Source of the DNA: Octopus sinensis
Lineage: Eukaryota
Assembly (NCBI RefSeq): GCF_006345805.1
Contig: NC_043016.1
Coordinates: 16,306,001 to 16,370,000, forward strand
Reading direction: 5' to 3'
DNA length: 64,000 nt
Made by a program: the position numbers and the translations under genes
In this document: positions 48,889 to 61,164 of the stretch, piece by piece
Position numbering within the stretch: the first letter of the stretch is position 1
Layout: every line of letters begins with the position of its first letter
Notes under the pieces: model-generated
Databases searched by the model: none
Told to the model about the DNA's origin: nothing
What the model saw: the letters and a program-made list of their open reading frames with translations, nothing else

Positions 48889-50478
48889 CCAGATGGAATT
48901 CAAGGCTACTGGATCAAAAGATTTGATGAATGTCATGCACGAATAGCTGCGCAACTCAACACCTTTTTAAATGTCGACCAAGCAACACCAGAGTGGTTGA
49001 CATTGAGTAGGACAGTGCTGTGTTTGAAAAACATCGAAAAAGGCAGTACGGTAGACAATTATAGGCCGATCTCCTGTTTGCCATTTATGTGGAAGTTATT
49101 GACTGGAATACTCGCAGAGTCAATGTACGAACATCTGGAAAAAAATGGAGTCCAGCCACATGAGCAGAAGGGTTGCAAGCGTAAGTGCAGCGGTACCATG
49201 GATCAACAGAAACTGCAAGAGGAGGAAAAGTAACTTAGCCATGTCATGGATCGACTATCGTAGGGCGTACGATAGGATCCCACATTCTTGGATTATGGAA
49301 TGTATGAACCTATTTGGTATTGCTTCGAATGTTGAGCGATTGCTTGGAAAAAGTATGGCGAATTGGAGGACGGATCTGACAGCATACGGAAGAAGTTTAG
49401 GGACAGTAGAAATTAGGAGGGGCATCTTCCAAGGGGACTGCCTGCCCCCACTGATCTTTGTACTGTGCTTGACACCACTAACACTGATTCTGAAGAAAGC
49501 AAAGGGTGGATGTGTATTCAGAAGCCGCCAACAAAAAGTCAACCATTTGTTATTCATGGATGACCTCAAACTTTATGATAAAGATGAAGCTCAAGTCAGT
49601 TCCCTCATTGATACGGTGTATACTTTCAGTGCTTATATCAGAATGGTGTGTTAGTATTGAAGAGAGGCAAAATCAAATGTATGGACTGGTTAACGGTACC
49701 GTCGGGGGGATGTTATGAAGCAGATAGAAGAAACGGGCTATAAGTACATGGGGATCTTGGAAATGGATAAATTGGAGAAAGAAATGACAGAAAAATTTAA
49801 GGTGGAGTACTTACGCAGACTGTGACTGGTCCTTAAGTTGAAATTAAAGGAACAGAATAAGATCAAAGCTATCAACACCTGGGCGGTTTCACTCTTTAGA
49901 TATGGAGCAGGGGTAATTGCATGGAAACTAGACGAACTAAAACGCTTAGACAGAAAGACAAGGAAGTTGCTTACTAGATGTGGGTCACTCCACTCAGACA
50001 TAGACAGACTGTATATACCAAGACAAAGAGGAGGAAGAGGACTTATTGGATGCGAACACAGCACTAGAGCAGAAGAAAACAACATAGCATGGTATGTGAA
50101 AATGCCACAGAACCCCTGTTATTAGAAGTAAGAAGGTCAGGCTTGTGTAGGATGAAAGATTACAAAGATAAAGCACTATACAAGAAATTGAAAATGAATG
50201 AAACTGAAAATAGGTGGGTAAAGAAAGAATTCATGGTCAAGAAAAGAATTCATGTTGAAGATACGACAGACAGAGGCTCTAATCTGTGCTAATCAAGAGC
50301 AAGCATTAAGAACGTTGGGCTCAATCCCATTGAAACTTTGATTGATGTCTTGCAAAAAGCAGCCTTATTGGGCACAGTGCACTTCTTAAGGAAAGTATTA
50401 ACTGTCTGAAGTCCTTGCTGTGACTTGACAAGCGACTAAAGACTCCGGTGTATTGTTACCTACACTGTGTTACGAAGG
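48889..50478 (+). mobile_element. R4/Dong-like RT region joined to a family E 3' end (internal deletion)
   Basis: [68 protein letters not shown] and IDRLYIPRQRGGRGL. 3' UTR at 50400-50478 matches 46750-46827. Confidence 0.9.
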
Positions 50479-50480
50479 AA

Positions 50481-51255
50481 TATAAAGGTTTATGCGAAAA
50501 ATGAGAAACAGCCTGAAAGTCCGCATTTTCTCAAATGACATACGTATGGAATTTGGAATAGAAAAGTGCACTTTATTAAAGATGAAACGAGGAAGATTTG
50601 AAGTGCCCAATGAGAGCGGTTGAGAAAGGGCAGTGGTATAAGTACTTGAAATACTGGAGGCAGATGAGATAAAAAATGAAGAATGAAACAGTTACTCGTA
50701 GAGAGTACAGAAAGAGAATAAGAAAATTATTGCAGTGAAACTGAATTCGGGGAAATCTTATTGAAGCAATGATTGAAGAGCAGAAGCCTCAATCGGATAT
50801 GAAGTTGGAATTAGAGACTGGACCAGAAAGAAAAAGAATAAAGAAACTTGATAGAAACTAGGAAGTTGTTGACGACGTATGAAGCCCTCCACCCGAAAGC
50901 TGTACTCGGGGAGAGACGAGGGTGGAAGAAGCTTAATAACAAGCAGAGGGATATTATAGATGAAAAAAGAAACGTCTAGTAGAGTGTTTTACAGAGCAGC
51001 ACAGAAAATCTGCTAAAGAGAGCGAATAAAGAACAGGGGATGAAGCGCGTAATATGAGAAAAGGACAAGAACGAAATACAAAGAGAGCACGCCAGACGGA
51101 TTGAAGAGAGACCTCTGTGTAGCCAATTTTGGAGAGCAACTGAAGACGTATGTAGAACAAAATCCTGGACTTGGTTAAAAAAAAGGGGCAATTAAAAAAA
51201 GTAACACAGTGACTAATTGTAGTAGCCCAAGATGAAGTGATAAAAACATCTAAAC
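50481..51255 (+). mobile_element. R4/Dong-like RT C-terminal remnant, highly degenerate
   Basis: FSNDIRMEFGIEKC, YKYL, LNSGK and VAQDEVIK motifs in shifting frames. Confidence 0.65.
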
Positions 51256-51379
51256 CAATTGACTTGAAACCGTTGAGGAAGTGACCTTGCTTCCAAGCTG
51301 ATCCAAGGCCACATTCACACACACCACTGACAGTAGTTATGCAAGTCGGAGAAAGAAAAGGATGAAGTCACTCACCTTG

Positions 51380-52135
51380 ATTTTCGAGAAGTTGGGATCT
51401 TCCGAACTTCTCTACAGGTGAACGCTTTTTAAAAGTTCCATCTAAAAGCCTTTTGTTTGTTTTTTAAATCCCAATGCTAGCTGGAAGATTTTCATGTATT
51501 GTTTTATAAACGCCCTGCTCTTATTTCTCCATCTCATTACTGCTATTGTTAGTTTAGGGAGCAGTGCCTTCAGGAGAAGTAAATTCCTTCCTTATCTTGG
51601 TTCGGTGTGAGTGTTGGAGTTCTGGTACTTCTTCTTGATTTTGTATTTATGGTGTTTGTAGTGTTGGCAGTTATGGGTGTTTTGTGTGTGTGTGAGGGCT
51701 GAAAGCCTTTCAGTGAGTCACAGTTCCATATATGTGACATCTTGGCCCTTTACTCTCCACTACCACAAACAACTGGGTGCCATGCTGGAGGTCTTGCTAT
51801 AGTTTGTCAATATAGGTTTGGTTAGATTATATGGCCAGTTCCACACCTACTTGACCAGTTTTGTTACCCCCAAGATAGTCCCATCTTCCTCTATATTTAC
51901 TTTAGCAAGGTGTTGGCCACGATAGCAGGGGATTAACAAGAATTATTAATTCCTCAATGTCGTCGCGGAATGAATTCTGGCCTCTTCTTCAGTCCCAAAT
52001 CTCACTTTAATTGTACAATACTTCTTTCCTTGAACATTATTTATATTATTTACAATTGACGGATATTTGTCCTCATCTTGTTTGATATTTACCACATTTC
52101 GGCTGGGGAAATTTCGAACCTGGATTCTCATTGTT
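51380..52135 (-). pseudogene. Tx1/L1-like ORF1 remnant
   Basis: ORF 51946-52131 (RIQVRNFP..IKVRFGTEEEAR, RRM-like), then LFVVVESKGPRCHI (decayed zinc knuckle) and a T-rich tail. Confidence 0.5.
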
Positions 52136-52157
52136 TGTTTGTTGTTGTTGTGTTGTT

Positions 52158-52722
52158 GTTCTCTTCTTCTTCTTCTTTCTTCTCTTTCTTCTTTCTTCTT
52201 CTTCTTCTTCTTCTTCTTCTTCTTCTTCTCTTCTTCTTCTTCTTCTTCTTCTTCTCTCTTCTTCTTCCTTCTTCTCCTTCTTCTTCTTCTTCTTCTTCTT
52301 CTTCTTCTTCTCTTCTTCTTCTGTTCTTCTCTTCTTCTTCTTCTTCTTTCTTCTCTTCTTCTTCTCTTCTTCTCTCTTCTTCCTTCTTCTTCTTCTTCTT
52401 TCTTCTTCTTCTTCTTTCTTCTTCTCTTCTTTCTTCTTCTTCTTCTCTTCGTTCTCTTCTTCTTCTTTCTTCTTTCTTCTTCTTCTTCTTCTTCCTTCTT
52501 CTTCTTCTCTCTTCTTTTTCTTTTCTTCTTCTTCTTCTTCTTCTTCTTCTTCCTTCTTCTTCTTCTTCTTCTTCTTCTTCTCTTTCTTTCTTTCTTCTTC
52601 TTCTTTTCTTCTTCTTTCGTCTTCTTCTTCTTTCTTTCTTGCCTTCTTCTTCTTCTTTCTTTCTTCTTCTTCTTCTTCTTCTTCTTTTCTTCTTCTTCTT
52701 CTTCTTCTTCTTCTTCTTCTTC
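52158..52722. repeat. Long imperfect (CTT)n/(GAA)n tract, ~565 bp
   Basis: Direct reading. It occupies the position of the family A internal GAA tract. Confidence 0.95.
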
Positions 52723-53293
52723 ATATTTGTTAGGTGGTATGATTTTCTTGTTTGTATTTGTCAGCTTTCCCTTAATACTGAGAACAATTTTTTTGTTTTG
52801 CTCGTGTTTGCCGTTATTTGTAATCAGTTTTCCTTGCTTCTTGAAGTAGATATTTTTTTTGCATTCCTATGGTGGGTTTTTTGTAATAAGTTGTTCCAGC
52901 TGTATAAGCCCCTAACCACCTTCTATACGTTGTATATATAGTCTTTCTATGTCAGATTTTGGGTGATGCATCCTAGATCCTGTCATTATTTTTCTTGTTT
53001 TCCTATCTATTTTTGGTCAGTTCATTTAGTGCCCAGTTAAGGATATTGTAGCTGTAACTTATAACGGGACGGCTAAAGTGTTAATACCTATTATCTTGTT
53101 TTTAGCATTGAGCTCTGTTTTTAGTATTGATCTAACTCGTCTATAGTATTCTTTTTTTATTTTCTCTTTCGTTTGTGTGTTTTGTGTCTTATCTAGTTCA
53201 TGGATTCCTAAATATTTGTAAGTTTGGCTTTGGTCTAATTCTCTTATTTCATAGGCTTTATCTAGTGTGATGTTGCTACTCTTAACTAGTTTT
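52723..53293 (-). mobile_element. R4/Dong-like family A internal fragment (RT C-terminus)
   Basis: Near-identical to 19374-19930. Confidence 0.9.
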
Positions 53294-53294
53294 T

Positions 53295-53985
53295 CCCAAA
53301 AGCATACTCTCCACTCCGATTATGAAGAAAAGAGAGGATGAAACCGATAAACTGACCACAGTCTGTCTACCCTATGTGAAAGGCCTCTCCGAAAAGATAC
53401 AAAAGATATGCGGCCCATGTGACATCAGGACAGTATTCAAAAGCAATACCTCGCAAATATCTCATTCGGGTAAAACCACCAATAGAAGAGAATATGACCA
53501 AAAACTGTGTGTTCTCCATCCCATGCAGCTATGGTAGATTATACAAAGGCGAAACATGCCGCCCCCTCAAAATAAGAGTAGAGGAACATCGCAAAGCTGT
53601 GACGCGGGGAGATATTGATAAATCGGGTATAGCTGATCATGTATGCAAAAATGGAGACCACCTCCCCATGTGGGATGAAGTTAAAATAATAGACAGAGAA
53701 CACCACAGGAAAATACAAAAACTAAAAGAAGCAGCACATATGCTAGGACACAACAACCTCCTAAGCAGACTGAGTGTAGATATGGGAACCAGTATTAAGG
53801 AAGGAGAATATTAGATTTATAAGCCCTAAAATTCACTCTGTAATTGCTCCGAGTTCGATTCCAAGCAGTGACCTGAATAATAACAACAACATCGAAAAAT
53901 ACCTTGGGAATGAGAACCTAGGTTCGAAATTTCCCCAAGACACCTGATGAGGGCTGGAGGGTATGTCATTCAAAACGTCGGATGA
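53295..53985 (+). mobile_element. Penelope/Poseidon-type element, 5'-truncated: GIY-YIG endonuclease plus terminal repeat with decayed hammerhead
   Basis: VCLPYVKGLSEKI..IRTVFK, CVFSIPCSYGRLYKGETCRPLKIRVEEH..SGIADH..KLKEAAH (53322-53814). CTGATGA at 53944-53950 with AAAAC-GTC at 53972-53979. Confidence 0.88.
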
Positions 53986-54578
53986 TATCCGTCAATAGTA
54001 AATAACGTACATAATTCTTCATCTCTTAAATATAGAACTGTATTCTTTCCTTGAATGACGTGGGTCTTGTGTTCCCACACGCGCCCATGTCATTTTTGAA
54101 CTCGGACCGCTGTAGCATTTTCCACTCAGCGATGAAACCATGCACCTCAAAATGTTTCCAATGGCCTCGGGTGGAAGTTTGAGGGCTTCTCTTCTCGCAT
54201 TTCTTTTTGCCATTTTCTGGCTAGTTCTAAATATTCCTTATCGAAGGGAAAATCTTCCATATTTCTTGCAACAATCGTAAAGGAAATCCCCTTTCCGGAA
54301 TCTCTTGTCGTGACAGTAGCTACTTTGAGACTACAGCGGAAGTGGTGGTGTTACCGTTTCTTTCAAAATTTTCTTTTGTTTATCATTCCTTTTTTAGGTT
54401 TATTATCGGTATTATTGTTGATGTTGTTATAGTTGTTGTCGTCGTTGTTGTTATTGTTGTTGCTACTGCTAATGCCGAATGTGTTGTTCAATTGCTGCTT
54501 TCATGAAGCTGCTTACAGACAAAATGTATTAGCTTCAGGGTTCGTCTTCGCTGGCGTGGCGGTGACGTCATTTACTGT

Positions 54579-54626
54579 AGTCATCGATACGCCAGTCATC
54601 GATACGCCAGTCATCGATACGCCAGT
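54579..54626. repeat. 15-bp tandem repeat x3 (agtcatcgatacgcc)
   Basis: Three perfect units plus agt. Confidence 0.9.
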
Positions 54627-54983
54627 ATTGTCTTTTCTTTTTTTTTTCTGACAAGAAACACGTCCTTTCATCTAATATCATCATTAGTTCTTTCTCCGCT
54701 ATGATCCAAAATATTTGGATATTAACAAAATATTTGCTTTTTCCAATAGTTCAATAAAGTTAAAAAATATTGATATGCACCCCCTGCTTTGCAGGGTATG
54801 TTTCTAAAAAGAAATACTATAAGCGCAGTTCAGACAATGTTAAAAATAAGTTTGTAACAATAAAAATGAATAAACGGGGCCCTTAACGGGCGGTAAAGAT
54901 TGAAAACACTCTTATGATTTACTGAGCTTAACTTTACCGTATCTTTCCAGAAAGGTAACCAAAGTAATAATAAGAATAAAAGG

Positions 54984-56470
54984 AGCATGGTATGGATTGA
55001 CAATCGTAAAGCATACGATATGATACCACAATCCTGGATGGACAATGGAAATGTATGGAGTAGCAGAAAACATGAGAAGCCTTATATGGAACAGTATGAA
55101 ATGTTGGAGAACGGAATTGACAGCAGCGAATCAAGTATTAGGATAGGTGAAAACCAGGAGAGGAATCTTCCAGGGAGATAATGTGTCCCTACTGATCTTT
55201 GTGCAGGGAATAATCTCCTTGAGCGAGAAGGCAAAGTTGACCTTAATACAGAAGAATGAGTTGGGGTATGATGTGGGAAGCGGTAATCAAAACTGAACCA
55301 CTTGCTATTCGTGGACGACTTGAAGTTATTCACAAAAAGTGAGGCAGAACTGAACAGCCCGATCCAGTCTGTGCAGATTTTCTCCAGTGATATTACGATG
55401 GATTTTGAACTCTTAAAATGTTCTTCGATGGTGATGAGACGAGGAAAGCTTGCCAGGCCAGAAAGCATATGGTTACCATGTGATGTGGTGAAACGATGAA
55501 GGCAATTGATTCTGAATCCAATTATAAATACCTGGGAATATTTGAAGCAAATGGAATTAAACACAACGATATGAAAAGAGAAAAGAAAAATACAAAGAAA
55601 GAGTACTTCCAGCAAGTGATGAAAATATTGGCTTCAAAGCTGAATGCCATAAACATAATTTCAGCAAAAAACTCGGCGGCAGTCACAGTAGTTTGGTATG
55701 GAGCTGGAATCCTAAAGTGGACAAAGGAGGAGCTAAAGGAGATGGATAGGAAGACAAGAAAGAACCTAACGATGCATGGAGCCCATCATCCACATGCAGA
55801 TACCGACCGCCTGTTCATGAAGAGGACTGATATGTGTGGAAGACTGCGTACGTATCGAATTCGAGAGTTTAATAAGATTCCTATCCCAAAGTAAGGAAAC
55901 CTTGTTAGTGACAGTTAGGAACGAGGGTGTATTGAGAGCAGAGAAAAAATAGGAAAACAAAGAAAGAATTACACAAAGGACACGAAGAAGAAGTACGCAA
56001 GAAGGGACTACACAATCAATTCCATTCAGTCACAACAGAAGTTGCTGGAAAAATAGGTGGGATAAGGTGAAGAAAGGAACACTAAAAAAAAAGAGAGACC
56101 GAGAGCACTATAGTGGCAGTGCAAGACCAAGCTTTGACCACGAACTGGAGGGTGAACCTGAGGAATGAGCAAATGTCTCCACTATGCCGCATTTGCAATA
56201 GAGTGATTGAAACCATTGCCTATATCATGAGTGAATGCCCTAGATTTGTCCAAAACCACTACAAGTTGTGGCAACACGATCAGATAGCAAAAGTGCTACA
56301 TTGGAAACTACGAAAGTGGGGGCTAGAGAGAGGCAAGATGTGGTACGAGCACAAACTGCAGAGAGTGACAGAGTCGGAGACTAGAAAAATCCCCAGGGAT
56401 TTCCCAATCTAAACAAATCAGGTGTTAGAGCATAACAGATCGGACCTAGTGGTGGTGAACAAGATGCACC
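54984..56470 (+). mobile_element. R4/Dong-like RT to RLE, degenerate
   Basis: MVWIDNRKAYDMIPQSW, LLFVDDLKLF, YKYLGI..KLNAINIISA..DRKTRK..HHPHADTDRL, VQDQALTTNW and CRICNRVIETIAYIMSEC. Confidence 0.88.
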
Positions 56471-56699
56471 ACATCTCAATAATACTAAAACTCTATAAAT
56501 GTTTGTTTGTATCCGAAATATCTCAAAAATAATATTTTTTATCTTTTTTTGCATAATTATTTTCATATTTGCTTTCGGCTGTGCAGTACAATTTTTTATA
56601 ATATTTGGACCTCTATTTAAACGATTAAACACCATTTTTGTTTGTTATTTCTTGACGAAAAGAAGACATGGCTTCCGTGACGTCAACACACATACACAG

Positions 56700-57680
56700 A
56701 TACAAACACACACACATTTAATGAATGTCATTGCATGTCAATCAACATAAACACACGTCCGCTATCTGTGATATATATACACACAGTCTTCGCGCTCTCT
56801 AAGATAAAAAAAAACCATCGACTTTTTGACGTATAGAATATTTTAAACATTTAGAAATATTTTTAACTGAATGTGATTTCATCATCCGGAGTTCGTTAAT
56901 TTCCGTAAAAATCTTTTATTTATTTACTTTGTGAGATGAGAAAGTGAAAGATGTATGTACGTGTATATGAAATGGACGTGTGTGTGGAAGATAATGAGAG
57001 AGTGAAGAAGAGGGAGAGGAAGAAAGAAAGAGACAGAAAGAATGAGCGAAGGGGTATGTTGTCATGTATACGTACAGATATCAATGCGTATGAGTACATC
57101 TTTCTTGTATGTACGTGTGCGTGTGCGTGTGAGAGCGAGAGAGAGAGAGAGTGTGAACGTGTGTGTTTTCCTCTATAAGTGGCACTCACTCTGTCTTTTA
57201 CACACACACGTCCATTTCATATACATGTTCATACATTTTTCGCTTCCTCCTCTCTTTCACTTTAAAACAAAAGTAAATGGTGATTTTCAGGATAAAATTT
57301 GTTTAAAAAAAGCTTCTACTCGTGTAAAATTGGCACCCAAAAGTTTTCAGAATTGCCGATATGGCTAGGGGGAAAAGGTTTTCAATTTAGTTGTATTTAG
57401 CATAATTTCACTTACATATGATTAGATTTTATTAAATTTTCATTAGATTTAAGCCCTTATTTTTTCTGTAAATAGTATTTTGACATTGAAATGAGTTTAA
57501 CTTCCGGTACGAATGTTTGCATTTTCTAACTCTCTTAGTAAAAAAAAAGTCGACAGTTCCAATTAAATAAGTCCAGAAGTTAGGTTAAATATATACACAT
57601 GCATATGAATTCCCGTTCTACAAACTGGCAAACAATTCCTTGAATACTTTACCGGGCAACGCTGGGTTGTAAGGCTTGTA
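56700..57680 (+). mobile_element. Possible non-autonomous Helitron-like element
   Basis: Ends in ccgggcaacgctgggttgtaaggcttgt, resembling a Helitron 3' GC-rich hairpin plus CTAG-like terminus, with internal GA/CA repeats. The 5' boundary is uncertain. Confidence 0.3.
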
Positions 57681-57727
57681 TGTTATATAGTTGATGGTGC
57701 ATGTACTTTTGACCCAAGAATAGTCAA

Positions 57728-58047
57728 GAAGGAAGGTGAAAAAAAAAAGATAAATACAACCGTCTTAAGTACGAAATAGTCTAGCTATGAAAAATGAAGA
57801 AGGTGAAGATAGTGCCAATTACTGATGGGCCCTTGGGAACAGTATGAGAAGGCATCAAGGGGAATATCAAGGAAATTGGAATAGATTGCCCTGTAGAACT
57901 GTTACGAAAGGTTTGCTTCCTTGGCATGGCAAGAATAATCAGGAAAAGATAGTTGAGTAGAACAGATAGCATGGTAGCGTAGGCTGCAGCCAGCAAGCCC
58001 GCTACGCATGCAAGACCCCGGCAGTTCCAACAAAACCTGAGAAAAAA
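57728..58047 (+). mobile_element. R4/Dong-like 3' end (family F)
   Basis: DKYNRLKYEI..VKIVPI..LLRKVCFLGMARIIRK*. 3' UTR matches 48530-48622. Confidence 0.85.
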
Positions 58048-58085
58048 ATAATAACAATAATAATAATAATAATATAATAATAATA

Positions 58086-58143
<58 letters not shown>

Positions 58144-58207
58144 CGACGACGACGATGACGACGATGATTACAACAACAACGATGACGACGACGACGACAA
58201 CAACGAC

Positions 58208-58250
<43 letters not shown>

Positions 58251-58270
58251 ACAACACAATAATAATAATA
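58048..58270. repeat. (AAT)-(GAT)-(GAC)-(AAC)-(AAT) compound microsatellite
   Basis: Direct reading. Confidence 0.95.
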
Positions 58271-58747
58271 TGCAAAGATCCTGTGGGATTTTATGAAATG
58301 CAAAGACCCTCTGGGATTTTATGATCCAGTGCGACCATGAGATAGAGAATAGGAAGTCGGACATAGTGTTAATTGAGAAAGAAAACAAACTATGCTGGAT
58401 CATAGATATAGCATTCCCAGCTGACAACAAGGTATGCGATAAGGAAGAAAGAAAAGTCGGGAGATATGACAGGTTAGCTTGGGAGGTAAAACAGTTGTGG
58501 TCGATAAAAAGGTGGCAGTGGTACCAATAATTGTCTGAGCCCTGGGAACAGTGAGTAAAAATCTCGAGAAGTACATGGAACAAATAGGGGCTGCAATAAG
58601 GGTGGAGCACTTGCAGAAAACAGCACAGCTTGGAACTGCTCGAATACTCTGAAAGGTGCTCGAAAAATAAGAGGTATTACCTTAGTTCATTGGTAGTGAA
58701 CAGCTGACACTGTAATACATCTCCAGCGTTAGAAGCTGTGCAAAGGC
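58271..58747 (+). mobile_element. R4/Dong-like 3' fragment (family H)
   Basis: LWDFMIQCDHEIENRKSDIVLI..IIDIAFPAD (58321-58530) and LQKTAQLGTARIL. Tail of AAT/GAT repeats at 58748-58892. Confidence 0.85.
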
Positions 58748-58757
58748 AATAATATTA

Positions 58758-58823
<66 letters not shown>

Positions 58824-58841
58824 GTGGTGGTGATGATAATG

Positions 58842-58891
<50 letters not shown>

Positions 58892-58949
58892 TAAATCCCA
58901 AATTCACTGAAACAGCAAACCCACAAAATTACAGACCAAATTGTCTCCT

Positions 58950-60010
58950 TACAATTTGTATCAGTTCATTTAGAGTCCAGTTAAGAATATTGTAGCTGTA
59001 ACGTATAACTGGAACAGCTAGAGTGTTGATACCTACAAATTGTAGGGAGACAATTTGTAAATTGTCTCCCTATAATTTAGAAAGCCTTTACTGCAAGAAT
59101 ATTGCAAAGAATGAGCAAATATCTAGAAGAAAGCAACTTGTTTCCAGTAGTGCAGAAGGGATGCTGCCAGGGCTCATACGGCTGTAGAGATCAGCTACTG
59201 ATCAATGAAGCAATAACTGAAGACAGCCGCAGAAAGAAGAAGAGTCTAAGTATGGCCTGGATTAATTATCGAATGGTTTTTGATAGTATTCTCCATATAT
59301 GCATCCTAGAAACACTAGCCATGAACAAGGCACCAATAATCATAAAATATATAACACATTCTATGAATAAATGGCAGACAGTGCTACAGCTCCAAACAAA
59401 AGAGGAACTCATAAATACGAAAGCCATCCCCATCAGAAGAGGAATATTCCAGGGAGACATGCTCTTTCCACTCCTTTTCTGCTTGGCACTGACATCTTTG
59501 ACACGCTAAGCAGAAATGGATGCGGATACAAAACGGATGCAAAACGATCAACCATCTGTTGTATAAAACTGTACGCTGCAAATGATAAACAGCTGGAAAA
59601 ATTACTACAAAGAGTCCATGGACTTATCAAGGAAATAAACATGAAATTTGGCCTAGAAAAAGCAACACTGTAAAGAGGAAAACAAGTTAAGAGTAGCAAC
59701 ATCACAATAGATAAAGCAAATGTTATAAGAGTATTCGACCCAAGCCACTCATACTAATACTTAGGAATCAATGAACTAACTACGATACAACACACATAAA
59801 TAAAAGAGAAAATAAAGAAAGAATACTACAGAGGAGTTAGAATAATACTGAAAACAGAGCTCAATGCGAAAAACAAGATAATAGGAATCAACACTCTAGC
59901 TGTCCCAGTTCTACGTTACTGCTACAATATTCTTAACTGGACTCTAAACGAACTGATCAAAATAGACAGAAAAAAAAAACTAATGTCAAAATTTAAGATA
60001 CACCTACCAA
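58950..60010 (+). mobile_element. R4/Dong-like family A RT fragment with an inverted duplication at its 5' end
   Basis: ORF 59102-59509 (QKGCCQGSYGCRDQLLI, MAWINYRMVFDSI, RGIFQGDMLFPLLF). ~58960-59035 is the reverse complement of ~59880-59960. Confidence 0.85.
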
Positions 60011-60147
60011 AATCAGTATTGCTTGGAACTACAAGAATTCTTTGCAGGGTTCTTGAAGCATGACCAGTAAACAAGAGTCACCTTAGTCTGCTGGCTGTAG
60101 ACAGCTGTCACTTTCCATCATAAACCAGCAACATAAGCTGTAAGATT
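60011..60147 (+). mobile_element. R4/Dong-like family B 3' end
   Basis: KSVLLGTTRILCRVLEA* and a 3' UTR matching 9540-9625. Confidence 0.85.
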
Positions 60148-60598
60148 TCTTGGTATAAAAGATGGGCTACAGCAAATATTCTGCTCAATACCACAGATTT
60201 GCTTGTCAGTTGTTTGACCTTAACCAGTTGAGCACGTCCCTTAGTTGCTAACGATATGTGCATCTCTGATCATGTGCAGAAGTAGTGGGGGAGCATCAAA
60301 GCCATGTGTTGTGAGGGGTTCTTTGAGGTTTGGATAATACATCTCTGGAAACAACCCTTATTCAGGGACCTTTCGAGCGGGATAGGCTACTCAACCTGAA
60401 GAAAATTCTAACTGGATCCCACTTGGAAGGTCCTGCGCTGTTTATCTTGACATGAGACCAGTATGTCGCGCTCATATGGTTGTGATGCATGTGCCTGGTG
60501 TACCCTTATCAGGCGGGTAGTCATGATGGGTATACTGGGCTTCGTATATTTGTATCCTGGTATTTGTTACTCTGATGGCATGCGCTGCTCTCTCACTC
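60148..60598 (+). mobile_element. Element X copy 7 (5'-truncated, more diverged)
   Basis: Matches 8660-9135 and ends ctctcactc plus (AAT)n. Confidence 0.85.
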
Positions 60599-60619
60599 AA
60601 TAATAATAATAATAAAAAA

Positions 60620-60845
60620 GGCGGCGAGCTGGCAGAAACGTTAGCACGCTGGGCGAAATGCGTAGCTGTATTTCGTCTGTCGTCACGTTCCGAGTTCAAA
60701 TTCCGCCGAGGTCGACTTTGCCCTTCATCCTTTCGGGGTCGATAATTAAGTACCAGTTACACACTGGGGTCGATATCGACTTAATCCGTTTGTCTGTCCT
60801 TGTTTGTCCTGTCTGTGTTTAGCCCCTTGTGGGTAGTAGAGAAAT
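60620..60845 (+). mobile_element. tRNA-SINE type 2, full length (Deu/Nin-like domain, Tx1-like 3' tail)
   Basis: ggcggcgagctggcagaaacgttagc head, gagttcaaattcc B box, cttcatcctttcggggtcgataattaagtaccag central domain, tail gccccttgtggg. Confidence 0.85.
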
Positions 60846-61033
60846 AAATAATAATATAATAATAATAATAAAATAATAATAATAATAATAATAATAAAAT
60901 AATATAATGATAATGATGATGATGATGAGATGATGATGATAATAATAATAATAATAATAATAATATAATAATAATAATAATAATAATGACGATGATGATG
61001 ATGATGATGATGATGATGATAATAATAATGATG

Positions 61034-61068
<35 letters not shown>

Positions 61069-61164
61069 TAATAATAATAATAAATAATAATAATGACGAT
61101 GATGATGATGATGATAATATAACAACAGCAACAACAACAAAAACGACAATAATAGTAATCATGA
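60846..61164. repeat. (AAT)/(GAT)/(AAC) compound microsatellite
   Basis: Direct reading. Confidence 0.9.

Noticed and set aside
54579-54626. Regular short direct repeats as a possible CRISPR-like array
   Set aside because: Three contiguous 15-bp units with no spacers, in a eukaryotic context with no cas genes.
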